DNA of 64,000 bases from an uncultured Alphaproteobacteria bacterium (lineage in GTDB: Bacteria; Pseudomonadota; Alphaproteobacteria; Rhizobiales; Rhizobiaceae): positions 43,498-107,497 of the forward strand of contig CAWIQE010000038.1 of the NCBI GenBank assembly GCA_963838155.1, written 5' to 3'. Each line of letters begins with the position of its first letter. Within the stretch, counting starts at the first letter, position 1. Both the position numbers and the translations under genes were made by a program. The notes beneath the pieces were generated by a model, which made no database searches, had not been told where the DNA came from, and was given only the letters and a program-made list of their open reading frames with translations. Positions 40,351 through 49,075 of this stretch are shown here, piece by piece.

Positions 40351-41475
40351 TCAGCCGGCAGTCTTCCCGCGCGGGGGCTGGCTGCCGCCCGGATGCGACG
40401 AAGTGGGTTGCTCCTCCGTGGAGGAGATGCGTTTGGCCCGGCGGCCGTACTGGACGGAGTTGAGCAGCACGGCGAAGACGATGACGGCGCCGGTGAAGAC
40501 CATCTGCCAGTAGGCGGAGACGCCGATGATGACGAGGCCGTCGGACAGGAACCCGATCACGAAGGCGCCGAGCAGCGTCCCGCGGATGTTGCCGCGCCCG
40601 CCGGTGAGCGCGGCGCCGCCGATGACGACGGTCGCGATCGCCGTCAGCTCGTAGGTGGTGCCGGCGGTGGGACCCGCCGACGTCAGCTCGGACGTCAGGA
40701 TGAGGCCGGCGATCGCCGCGCAGACGCCGGACAGCACGTAGACCGTGATCTGCACCTTCTTCACCGGCACGCCCGAAAGCTCCGCCGCGCGCTCGTTGCC
40801 GCCCGAAGCGTAGAGCCAGCGGCCGAAGACGGTGCGGTTGAGCATGATCGAGCCGACGATGGCGATGACGACCATGGCGATGACCCCGACGGGAACACCG
40901 AACAGGCGGTTGAAGCCGAGCCAGTCGAAGCCGGTGTTGCCGAGCGCGGCCTGGCCCTCGAGGTTGTTGTAGGTCAGCCCGTTGGTGATCAGCAGCGCGA
41001 CGCCGCGCACCGCGTAGAGCATCCCGAGGGTGGCGACGAAGGGCGGCACCTTGAACCGCGCGACCAGGAGCCCGTTGACGAGGCCGACGAGCGCCCCGAG
41101 GACGCAGGCGAGCACCGCGACGACCCAGACCGCCGGATAGAGGACCACCCCGAAGAAGGGCAGCGGCACGCCGTGCATCAGGAAGCCCGCGATCACCCCG
41201 GCGAGCCCGAGCGTCGATCCGACCGAGAGGTCGATGCCGCCGTTCAGGATCACGAGCAGCATCCCCATTCCGAGGATGCCGAAGATGGCCACGTGCGACG
41301 CCATGGTCAGGAAGTTGCTGACCGAGAAATAATAGGGCGACAGGAACGAGAAGACGGCAATGATGGCGATCAGCGCGAAGAAGGCGCGCCCCTCGAGCAG
41401 CATCTTTCCGAGATTGAGGCTTCCGTTCCGTTTGCCCTGCCGCTGGCTCGAGGCTTCTGGACGCGCGTACATCAT
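40351..41475 (-). CDS. sugar/polyol ABC transporter permease (RbsC-like)
   Basis: ATG 41475 (MMYARPEASSQ...). About 10 TM segments; GGIDLSVGS motif. Confidence 0.88.
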   Translation of the reverse strand: MMYARPEASSQRQGKRNGSLNLGKMLLEGRAFFALIAIIAVFSFLSPYYFSVSNFLTMASHVAIFGILGMGMLLVILNGGIDLSVGSTLGLAGVIAGFLMHGVPLPFFGVVLYPAVWVVAVLACVLGALVGLVNGLLVARFKVPPFVATLGMLYAVRGVALLITNGLTYNNLEGQAALGNTGFDWLGFNRLFGVPVGVIAMVVIAIVGSIMLNRTVFGRWLYASGGNERAAELSGVPVKKVQITVYVLSGVCAAIAGLILTSELTSAGPTAGTTYELTAIATVVIGGAALTGGRGNIRGTLLGAFVIGFLSDGLVIIGVSAYWQMVFTGAVIVFAVLLNSVQYGRRAKRISSTEEQPTSSHPGGSQPPRGKTAG

Positions 41476-41500
41476 TGCGATGGCTCCGTTTTCTGTCCGC

Positions 41501-43039
41501 TCAGGCGGCCGCGGCCTCACCCGAGGCGGCCATGATCTCTTCCTTGGACGCGTCGCATCCGAACTCGGCGGAAATCCTCCCCCGGCGCATGACGATGACG
41601 CGGTGCGCGATGCTGAGGCACTCGGCGACCTCCGAGGTGGAGAAGAGTACGGCGAGCCCCGCCTTCGCCCGCTCGCCGAGCAGGCGGAAGACCTCCGCCT
41701 TCGCGCCGATGTCGATGCCGCGGCTCGGCTCGTCGAGGAGGAGCGCCCGCGGCTCGGTCGTCAGCATCTTGCCGATGACGACCTTCTGCTGGTTGCCGCC
41801 CGACAGCGACCCGATCGGGACGTCGCCGCCGGCGGTCTTCACGTGGACGTCGCGGATCGAGGCGTCGATCAGCTCCGCCTCGCGCGATCGCGACAGCAGC
41901 ATGCCCCGCACGAAGGCGCCGATGCTGGCCAGCGACAAATTGGACCCGACGGTCATCGTCTGAACGAGGCCGTCGCGCTGGCGATCCTCGGGAACGAGCG
42001 ACAGCCCCGCCGCGATGCGCTCCGCGATCGTCAGCCGCGAGACGTCCTCGCCGTCGAGCAGGACCCGTCCGCCGGCAAGCGGCGCCCGCCCGGCGACGGC
42101 TTCGAGCAGTTCCGTCCGGCCGGCCCCCATGAGGCCGTAGATGCACACGATCTCGCCGGCCCTGATGTCGAGCGACAGGTGGTCGACGATCAGCCGGCCG
42201 GTGCCCGACGTGTCCGCCACGCTGACGTCCTCGATCGACAGGACCGGATCGCCGAAGGCGTAGCCGTCCGGCGGGGACCCGAGGTCGTAGTTCTCGCCGA
42301 CCATGTTGCGCACGATCCACTCGAGGTCGATGTCCTTCGCCTCGGCCGTCGCCGTGATCACCCCGTCCCGCAGCACGACCGCGTAGTCCGTGATCTGCAG
42401 CGCTTCCTCGAGATGGTGCGAGATGTAGACGATGGACACGCCCCGGTCCGTCAGGTCGCGGATCACGCGGAAGAGCACCTCGACCTCGCTGGCGCTCAGC
42501 GCCGAGGTGGGCTCGTCCATGATCAGGATGCGCGAGTCGACCGACAGCGCGCGCGCGATCTCGACAATCTGCTGCTGCCCGAGGCGCAGGTCCTGCACGA
42601 GGTCGAGCGGGTCGATCGCCTCCTCCAGCTCCTCCATCAGCCGGGCGGTCTGCCGCGCCTCCTCGGCGAAGTCGACGCCGGCGGCCGACGTCAGTTCCCG
42701 GCCCATGAAGATGTTGTCTCTTACGCTGAGGTTGGGCGCGAGGCTGAGTTCCTGGTGGATGATCGAGATGCCCTTTTCGGTCGCTTCCACCGCCGAGGCG
42801 AAGGCGACCTCTTCCCCGTCGAGCTCGATCGTGCCCGAGGTGGGCCGCTCGACGCCCGAGAGGATCTTCATCAGCGTCGACTTGCCCGCGCCGTTCTCGC
42901 CGAAGAGCGTCGTCACCTTGCCGCGATGGATGTCGAAGTTGACGCCCTTCAGCGCGTGGGTCCCGCCGTAGGTCTTCACCACGTTGCGGGCGGAAAGGAC
43001 GACCTCGCCGCGGCCCGTCTCGGTCTTTGCGGCGCCCAT
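41501..43039 (-). CDS. sugar/polyol ABC transporter ATP-binding protein (duplicated ABC domains, RbsA-like)
   Basis: ATG 43039 overlaps the upstream stop (TGATG). GENGAGKST and GLMGAGRTE Walker A motifs; LSGGNQQKV signature. 512 aa. Confidence 0.92.
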   Translation of the reverse strand: MGAAKTETGRGEVVLSARNVVKTYGGTHALKGVNFDIHRGKVTTLFGENGAGKSTLMKILSGVERPTSGTIELDGEEVAFASAVEATEKGISIIHQELSLAPNLSVRDNIFMGRELTSAAGVDFAEEARQTARLMEELEEAIDPLDLVQDLRLGQQQIVEIARALSVDSRILIMDEPTSALSASEVEVLFRVIRDLTDRGVSIVYISHHLEEALQITDYAVVLRDGVITATAEAKDIDLEWIVRNMVGENYDLGSPPDGYAFGDPVLSIEDVSVADTSGTGRLIVDHLSLDIRAGEIVCIYGLMGAGRTELLEAVAGRAPLAGGRVLLDGEDVSRLTIAERIAAGLSLVPEDRQRDGLVQTMTVGSNLSLASIGAFVRGMLLSRSREAELIDASIRDVHVKTAGGDVPIGSLSGGNQQKVVIGKMLTTEPRALLLDEPSRGIDIGAKAEVFRLLGERAKAGLAVLFSTSEVAECLSIAHRVIVMRRGRISAEFGCDASKEEIMAASGEAAAA

Positions 43040-43701
43040 CACTGCACGCTCAGCCGGACCGGCGTGACCAGCCAGTTCTTCGGGTTGATCATCAGGAATG
43101 CGCCGACCACCGAAACCGTCTTGCCGTCGAGCTTCGAGGTGTCCACCTTGGACAGCACCTCCTTCTTCATCTCCTTGTTCAGCGCCGCGCCGGCGTTCTG
43201 GTACTCGATCTGGTTCTTGAACTGGCCGAACTTGATCGTGCCGATCGCGTCGCGAAGGTCCGTCCCGTTGATCGCCGGCCCGGTCTGGACGCGGATCTTG
43301 ACGTCGTCGGGCACGCCATCGACCTTGATCGGGTAGATGCCCGACTGGCCCTCCCCGGCGACGCCGGTGAACTTGACGGCCATCTCCGGACCCATGGTCG
43401 CGTCGACGCCGTATTTCTTGGCGGCCGCCGTCTGGTCGGCCGCGATCGCCTTGGCGAGCGTCGCCGCGTCGACGGCGCGCTTCTCCACCGCCGCCTGCAC
43501 CTTCGGGAATTCGCTCTGCCCGTAGGCCTCCGGCGAGAAGCCGGCCTTGCGGGTGTCGCCGGACGAGCCGATCGTCACCACCGCCGTGTCCAGCCCCATG
43601 GCGACGACGAGGACGACGACTGCGACGGCGATCGCCGCGCGGCGCAGTCCGGGCCCCTTGCGGCGGTGCGTCCCTGCGAGAGCTGCAGAACCCATGGCCA
43701 T
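43039..43701 (-). CDS. DUF2291 family membrane-anchored periplasmic protein
   Basis: ATG 43701 after GAGAGG. N-terminal TM, then FSPEAYGQSEFPKVQAAVEKRAVDAATL... and a C-terminal ...INPKNWLVTPVRLSVQ. The family commonly rides in RbsABC-type sugar-alcohol importer operons. Confidence 0.7.
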   Translation of the reverse strand: MAMGSAALAGTHRRKGPGLRRAAIAVAVVVLVVAMGLDTAVVTIGSSGDTRKAGFSPEAYGQSEFPKVQAAVEKRAVDAATLAKAIAADQTAAAKKYGVDATMGPEMAVKFTGVAGEGQSGIYPIKVDGVPDDVKIRVQTGPAINGTDLRDAIGTIKFGQFKNQIEYQNAGAALNKEMKKEVLSKVDTSKLDGKTVSVVGAFLMINPKNWLVTPVRLSVQ

Positions 43702-43709
43702 TGGACCTC

Positions 43710-44711
43710 TCACTCCGATTTTCCGTTGGTGGACGATTGTCGAGGCGCGCCGATCCCGGCAACCAGCGCCCGGGCGGTGATTTCGTCGGTGATGAGGCCG
43801 CTGAGGTACCGGCTTTCCAGGATCGACTCGATCGCCCCGACCTTCACCTTGCCGCCGGCGATCGCGACGATCCTGCGGGCCTCGAGCGCCTCGCGGCCGA
43901 GGCCGAGCATGCGCTCGGAAAGCGCCGTCTCGACGGGGCGGCCATGGCGGTCGAAGAAATGGCCGAGCACCTCGCCGACGCCGCCGTCGCGCTTCACGTC
44001 GTCGATCTCGCTCGGCTCGATCATGCCGGTCGCGACCAGCGAGGCCTCGCGCTCGGCCGTGCCGATGCCGACGAACATGAGGTCCGCCGCGCGCGCCAGG
44101 TCGATGACGGCGCCGACCCCGCGCTGGCCGAGCAGGACCTCGCGGTCTTCCACCGTGTTGGCGAAGAAGGGGACGGGCATGACATAGGCCTGCGCGCCGG
44201 TCCGCTCCGTCAGCCGGTAGATGACGTCGTGCGGATTGGCCGCGAATTTCCGGGTAAGGCCACCGAAGAGCGACACGAAGCGCACGTCGCTCGCCGAGGT
44301 GCGCGGCAGGTTTTCCACGCTTGCCGCCAGGGTGCGTCCGTGGCCGACGCCGATCAGCTTGTTCTCGCCGCGCTCGATCTCGAGCTTGAGGAAATTGGCG
44401 CCGGCGATGCCGAGCGCCCGGAGCGGCAGGTCGTCCTGGTCGAAGTCCGGCACCACCTCGCAGGTGTCGAGGCCGTATTCCTTCGACAGCGCCTGCTCGA
44501 GTTCGACGCATTCGCTGATGTCGCCGTCGATGAAGACCTTCACCAGTCCCTCCTGGTTGGCCTTCATGATCAGCCGGTGCGCCTTCAGGCTCGTCAGCCC
44601 GAGACGCTTCGCCACCTGCGCCTGGGTCAGGCCGCCGGCGTAGTGCAGCCACGCCGCGCGCGTCGCAAGGCTGATGGTCTGGTCGCGCAACGGAACGGCG
44701 CCGGGCTTCAT
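43710..44711 (-). CDS. eryD: SorC/DeoR-type sugar-binding transcriptional regulator (EryD-like)
   Basis: ATG 44711 after GGGAGGAG. HTH AAWLHYAGGLTQAQVAKRLGLTSLKAHRLI plus a SorC sugar-phosphate-binding domain. Located directly after eryC. Confidence 0.8.
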   Translation of the reverse strand: MKPGAVPLRDQTISLATRAAWLHYAGGLTQAQVAKRLGLTSLKAHRLIMKANQEGLVKVFIDGDISECVELEQALSKEYGLDTCEVVPDFDQDDLPLRALGIAGANFLKLEIERGENKLIGVGHGRTLAASVENLPRTSASDVRFVSLFGGLTRKFAANPHDVIYRLTERTGAQAYVMPVPFFANTVEDREVLLGQRGVGAVIDLARAADLMFVGIGTAEREASLVATGMIEPSEIDDVKRDGGVGEVLGHFFDRHGRPVETALSERMLGLGREALEARRIVAIAGGKVKVGAIESILESRYLSGLITDEITARALVAGIGAPRQSSTNGKSE

Positions 44712-44728
44712 GCTGTCTCCTCCCAAGA

Positions 44729-44788
44729 ATGATATTTCTATCATTCACTAAAAAATTTTTCACATACGGTCGCGTTTGTCAATCGGGG
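44729..44788 (-). promoter_or_regulatory. promoter/operator block, copy B (upstream of eryD)
   Basis: Palindrome ATGATA-TTTC-TATCAT (44729-44744). A TTGACA on the minus strand (44782-44777) lies exactly 32 nt from the palindrome. About 80% identical over 60 nt to 48941-49000. Confidence 0.6.
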
Positions 44789-44844
44789 CGCTGAAGATTC
44801 GCCCCCTCCCGCCCCCTCCCGCCCCTGTCCCGCGAGGCTTCCGC

Positions 44845-45780
44845 TCATCCCCGGCGAAGCGTCGCGGCGCCGGTGTCCACGTGCTTCGCCCAGAACGCGA
44901 CCAATTCCCTGAGCGCCGGCACCACGTCGCGGTCGGTGGGCTCGCGCTCGCGGAACGACAGTTCGAGACATATCTCGTTGTCCGTCCCGCCGCCCGCTCT
45001 GACCGCCTCGATCAGCTTTTCCGGCTGGATCCGCCCCTCGGCGTTGTAGCGCTCGGTGAAGGGCCAGTGGCCGCCCTTGTTCATCGACGACTGCTTGACG
45101 TGGATGATCGGCGAGCGCGTCGGGAACGCGCGGGCCCAGGCGAACGGGTCGGTGTCGTCGGGGTTCGGCGAGGTTACGTCGCCGTGGTCGATGTCGACCA
45201 TCATCCACATCGGGATCGCGAAGCCGGCGGCTTCCAGCCGGTCCTGCAGATGCCCGCAGGCGGCGATGGTCTCGCCGAACTCGCGCCCGACCGACATCGG
45301 CTCCCAGAACAGGTGATCGAGCCCCGCCTGCCGGGCATGCTCTGCGACCTCCGCCCAGCAGTCGACGGCGATCCGGATCATGTCCTCGCGCCGGACGGGA
45401 TCGTCGTAGTCCTTGAGCGTCAGGATCGCGAACTGCGTGCCGACGCTCTTCGCCCCGAGATCGGCCGAAATGTCGGCGAAGGTCTTGAACCAGTCGACGT
45501 AGTAGCGCCGCACGTCCCGGTCCGGATGGCCGAAATGGTTGAGACGGCCGTAGGGGCCGGTCATGCCCGAGGTGATCTCGACGCCCGTGCGGGCCGTCGC
45601 GCGGTTGAAGGCGCGCACGAACCGCCGGACGGTCGCCGCAGGCCAGCCCGGATTGACGAATTCATGGGTCAGCTGGACGTATTTCAGGCGGATCTCGTGG
45701 GCGATCGTGTCGATCAGGTCGTCCGGCTCGGCGAAGCGGTTGACCAGCGGATTGGTGTTGACGGACAGGGTAAAGGCCAT
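44845..45780 (-). CDS. eryC: xylose-isomerase-like TIM-barrel protein, EryC-type tetrulose-4-phosphate racemase
   Basis: ATG 45780 (MAFTLSVNTNPLVNRFAEPDDLIDTIAHEIRLKYVQLTHEF...). 311 aa. Position directly after eryB. Confidence 0.8.
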   Translation of the reverse strand: MAFTLSVNTNPLVNRFAEPDDLIDTIAHEIRLKYVQLTHEFVNPGWPAATVRRFVRAFNRATARTGVEITSGMTGPYGRLNHFGHPDRDVRRYYVDWFKTFADISADLGAKSVGTQFAILTLKDYDDPVRREDMIRIAVDCWAEVAEHARQAGLDHLFWEPMSVGREFGETIAACGHLQDRLEAAGFAIPMWMMVDIDHGDVTSPNPDDTDPFAWARAFPTRSPIIHVKQSSMNKGGHWPFTERYNAEGRIQPEKLIEAVRAGGGTDNEICLELSFREREPTDRDVVPALRELVAFWAKHVDTGAATLRRG

Positions 45781-45818
45781 GGGTCGGGTTCCGTTTGCTC
45801 CGGGTATTCGGTCGGGAG

Positions 45819-47333
45819 TCACTCCGCCGCGACGTCGCGCTCTTCGAACCAGGCCGCGAACCGCTCTCTCTCTGCGGGCGACATGTGGCGGGCATGCTTG
45901 GTGCGCCGCTCGACGACGTCCTGCGCCGTCTGCGCCCACTCGGTGCGAATGACGAATTCCGCCTCGCGGGCATGGAAGTCCGGTCCGAAGGTCTCGCCGA
46001 GGTCGGCGAGAGAGGTCGCGCCGTCGAGGAGCGCGTGCATCCGCGTTCCGTAGAGACGGCCGTAATGCTTCAGCAGCGAGGCGGGGAGCCACGGATAGCG
46101 CGCCCGGGCCTCGGCGAGGAACTGCTCGAAGTCGGCGTTGGCGATGTCGCCGCCCGGCAGGTGCGCGGTCCGGGTCCAGGGCTTCTTCATGTCGGGGAAG
46201 AACGGCTGCAGCTTCTCCAGCGCATGCTCGGAGAGCTTTCTGAACGTCGTGATCTTGCCGCCGAAGACGGAGAGCAGCGGCGCCGCGCCGTCGCGGCTGT
46301 CGACGTCGAAGATGTAGTCGCGCGTCACCGCGCTCGGGTTTTCCGTGTTGTCGTCGTAGAGCGGCCGGACCCCGGAGAACGAGTGCAGCACGTCGTCGCG
46401 CCCGAGGGGGCGCTTGAAGTAGCGGTTGAGGACCGTCAGCAGGTAGTCGATCTCGTCGTCTTCCGCCCTCACCTCTTCGGGCGGCCCGTCATAGGGAATG
46501 TCGGTGGTCCCGACGAGCGCCAGGTTCCCCTCGTACGGGTTGATGAAGATCACCCGCTTGTCGGTGTTCTGGACGAGGTAGGCGTTCGGCCCCTCCCAGA
46601 ACTTCGGGACGACGATGTGGCTTCCCTTGACCAGGCGCACGCTGCGCTTGGAGTTGATGCCGGCGACCTCGCCGATGATGCGGTTGACCCAGGGCCCGGC
46701 CGCGTTGACGACCGCCCGGGCGCGCAACTCGAAGGAGCCTCCCGAACGGCCCGAAAGCGTCGCGGACCAGGTCTTCCCGTCGCGCCGCAGCCCCGTGCAG
46801 GCCGTGCGGGTCAGGATCCTCGCACCCCTCTCGCGCGCATCGACCGCGTTCAGCACGACGAGCCGCGCGTCGTCCACCCAGCAGTCGGAATATTCGAAGG
46901 CGCGCGTGAACTCGTCCTTGATCGGCGCGCCCTCGGGGGCCGTCCTCAGGTTCAGGGTCCGCGTCCCCGGAAGCCGTTTCCGGCCGCCGAGATGGTCGTA
47001 GAGGAAGAGGCCGAGCCGCACCAGCCAGGCCGGCCGGTCGATGGGGCTGTGGGGCAGGACGAAGCGGAGCGGCCAGATGATGTGCGGCGCCGATTCCAGA
47101 AGGACCTCGCGCTCGATGAGCGCCTCGCGCACCAGGCGGAACTCGTAGTATTCGAGATAGCGCAGCCCCCCGTGGACCAGCTTTCCGGAGCGCGAGCTGG
47201 TACCCTCCGCGAGGTCGTCCTTCTCGCACAGCACCACCGAGAGGCCGCGGCCCGCCGCGTCGCGCGCGATCCCCGCCCCGTTGACGCCGCCTCCGATCAC
47301 CAGGAGGTCGACGATGTCGTCGTTGTCGCTCAC
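45819..47333 (-). CDS. eryB: FAD-dependent glycerol-3-phosphate dehydrogenase family protein, EryB-type erythritol-phosphate dehydrogenase
   Basis: GTG 47333 overlaps the eryA stop (GTGA). DLLVIGGGVNGAGIARDAAGRG dinucleotide fold and GKLVHGGLRYLE. 504 aa. Confidence 0.85.
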   Translation of the reverse strand: MSDNDDIVDLLVIGGGVNGAGIARDAAGRGLSVVLCEKDDLAEGTSSRSGKLVHGGLRYLEYYEFRLVREALIEREVLLESAPHIIWPLRFVLPHSPIDRPAWLVRLGLFLYDHLGGRKRLPGTRTLNLRTAPEGAPIKDEFTRAFEYSDCWVDDARLVVLNAVDARERGARILTRTACTGLRRDGKTWSATLSGRSGGSFELRARAVVNAAGPWVNRIIGEVAGINSKRSVRLVKGSHIVVPKFWEGPNAYLVQNTDKRVIFINPYEGNLALVGTTDIPYDGPPEEVRAEDDEIDYLLTVLNRYFKRPLGRDDVLHSFSGVRPLYDDNTENPSAVTRDYIFDVDSRDGAAPLLSVFGGKITTFRKLSEHALEKLQPFFPDMKKPWTRTAHLPGGDIANADFEQFLAEARARYPWLPASLLKHYGRLYGTRMHALLDGATSLADLGETFGPDFHAREAEFVIRTEWAQTAQDVVERRTKHARHMSPAERERFAAWFEERDVAAE

Positions 47334-48922
47334 GTCCCGCGCTCCAGCTTGTTCATCCGTTCGAGTTTCGCATTCCCGCCGGCCTGCGCCATGGCCCGCC
47401 AGACGGGCCGCAGCGCCTCGTGCGCGTCCACGAAGGAAGCGAAGAGGCGGTCGTATTCCGCCGCGAGCGCCGCGTCGGGAGGTTCGGCGTCGCCGAGGAG
47501 GGAATCGACCCATTCCGCCGTGCAGGCGTCCATGGTGGGATAGATGCCGAGGCACACGGCCGCCGTCATCGCGGCGCCTGCCGCTCCCGCCTCCTCGCGC
47601 GCGCTCGTGCGGGTCGCCGACCGGGTGACGGCTCCGAAGATCCGCCTGAAGGACCGGTTGCGCGCTGCTCCGCCGGACAGCCGGATCTCGTCGGGGACGG
47701 GCCCCATGGCCGCGAAGCAGTCGCGCGCCGCAAACGCGAGGCCCTCGAGGACCGCGCGTGCCAGGTCGGCGAAGCCGTGGTCGAGCGACAGGCCGAGGAA
47801 GCCCGCGCGCGCATTCGCGTCGACGAACGGGCCCCGCTCGCCGGCGAGCGAAATGTAGGGCTGGTAGAGAAGCGACGCCGGGCGGGCCGCCTCGACCCAC
47901 CGGTCGAGAGCCTTCATGAGGTCGGCCCGGTCCGGGCTGAGCCCGCCGGCCGCGAGCACGTCGCGGGCGAGCCCGACCAGCCAGTCGATGTTCAGCGTCG
48001 CCGCCATGTTGGACTGCAGCTGCGCGAAGGCGCCCGGCACCGGCATCGCGATCGTGTATCCGGAAGCGCTGTCGTTGAGCACGACGTCCCCGACCGACCG
48101 CGCGAGCCGCATGTGCATGCCCGTCGAACCCACGATCGAGCAGCCGACGTCGCGCGTCGGATGGTAGAGGCCGCCGCCGAGCGCCGTCGCGACGATGTCG
48201 ACATAGCCGAGGACGACCGGCGTCCCTTCGGCGAGCCCGGTCGCCGCCGCCGCTTCCGCGTCGAGCCCGTCGTGATGCGAGAGGCCGTCCAGCATCGGCG
48301 GCAGGAGCGATTTCTGCCGCGTGAGGCCGAGAATCCCGATCGCCTCGTCGCTATAGGCCTTCCGCCTGTAGTCGCCGAAGGTGAAGGTTCCCTCGCTCGG
48401 GTCCGTGGCGCGCACCCCGGTGAGCTTGAAATAGAGCCAGTCCTTGCAGTGAAAGGCCGTCCGCGCCCTCCCGAGCGCCTCGGCGGCGTTGTCCCTCAGC
48501 CATTGCAGCTGCGCGCCCTGCTGGCAGGCGTTGAGCCCGGTTCCCGTCAGTTCGAACCGCCGCCGGTCGTCCGGCCGCGCCCGCGCCGCTTCCACCAGCC
48601 GGCCCGCCCGCGCGTCGAGCCACAGGAGCGCCGGCATGACGGGGTCGCCCTTTCCGTCGATCAGCCAGGTGCCGTCGCCCTGCCCGGTCACCGCGACGGC
48701 CGCCGTGCGCGCCTTCAGGCCGCCGATCTTCTCGCCGAGCGCGGCGAGCGTCGCCGCCGTCTTCGCCCAGGTGGCGCCGAGGTCCTGCTCCACGCCGCCG
48801 TCGCCGACGCTCGCATAGTCGTTGGGGACGGACGCCACGTCGATCTGGCGCCCCGACAGGTCGAACGCCACGGACTTGATGACCGAGGTTCCGGCATCGA
48901 CGCCGATCAGGATATCCTTCAT
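47330..48922 (-). CDS. eryA: FGGY-family carbohydrate kinase, EryA-type erythritol kinase
   Basis: ATG 48922 after GGGGAGG. ILIGVDAGTSVIKSVAFD, GQGDGTWL and FHCKDWLYFKLTG. 530 aa. First gene of a kinase-dehydrogenase-TIM barrel triad. Confidence 0.82.
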   Translation of the reverse strand: MKDILIGVDAGTSVIKSVAFDLSGRQIDVASVPNDYASVGDGGVEQDLGATWAKTAATLAALGEKIGGLKARTAAVAVTGQGDGTWLIDGKGDPVMPALLWLDARAGRLVEAARARPDDRRRFELTGTGLNACQQGAQLQWLRDNAAEALGRARTAFHCKDWLYFKLTGVRATDPSEGTFTFGDYRRKAYSDEAIGILGLTRQKSLLPPMLDGLSHHDGLDAEAAAATGLAEGTPVVLGYVDIVATALGGGLYHPTRDVGCSIVGSTGMHMRLARSVGDVVLNDSASGYTIAMPVPGAFAQLQSNMAATLNIDWLVGLARDVLAAGGLSPDRADLMKALDRWVEAARPASLLYQPYISLAGERGPFVDANARAGFLGLSLDHGFADLARAVLEGLAFAARDCFAAMGPVPDEIRLSGGAARNRSFRRIFGAVTRSATRTSAREEAGAAGAAMTAAVCLGIYPTMDACTAEWVDSLLGDAEPPDAALAAEYDRLFASFVDAHEALRPVWRAMAQAGGNAKLERMNKLERGT

Positions 48923-48940
48923 TCCGGCAGCCTCCCCACG

Positions 48941-49000
48941 ATGATATTTCTATCATCACATAAAAAAAATTTCACATCGGGGCGCATTTGTCAATCGAGC
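48941..49000 (-). promoter_or_regulatory. promoter/operator block, copy A (upstream of eryA)
   Basis: Palindrome ATGATA-TTTC-TATCAT (48941-48956) 18 nt from the eryA ATG, an A/T tract, and a minus-strand TTGACA (48994-48989) 32 nt from the palindrome. Confidence 0.6.
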
Positions 49001-49075
49001 GGCCCTTTCGGACGGCCTCTCCCGGCATGACAACCCGGCACGACGCCCCGGTCATGGGCGCGGCCCGAGGGCGCC

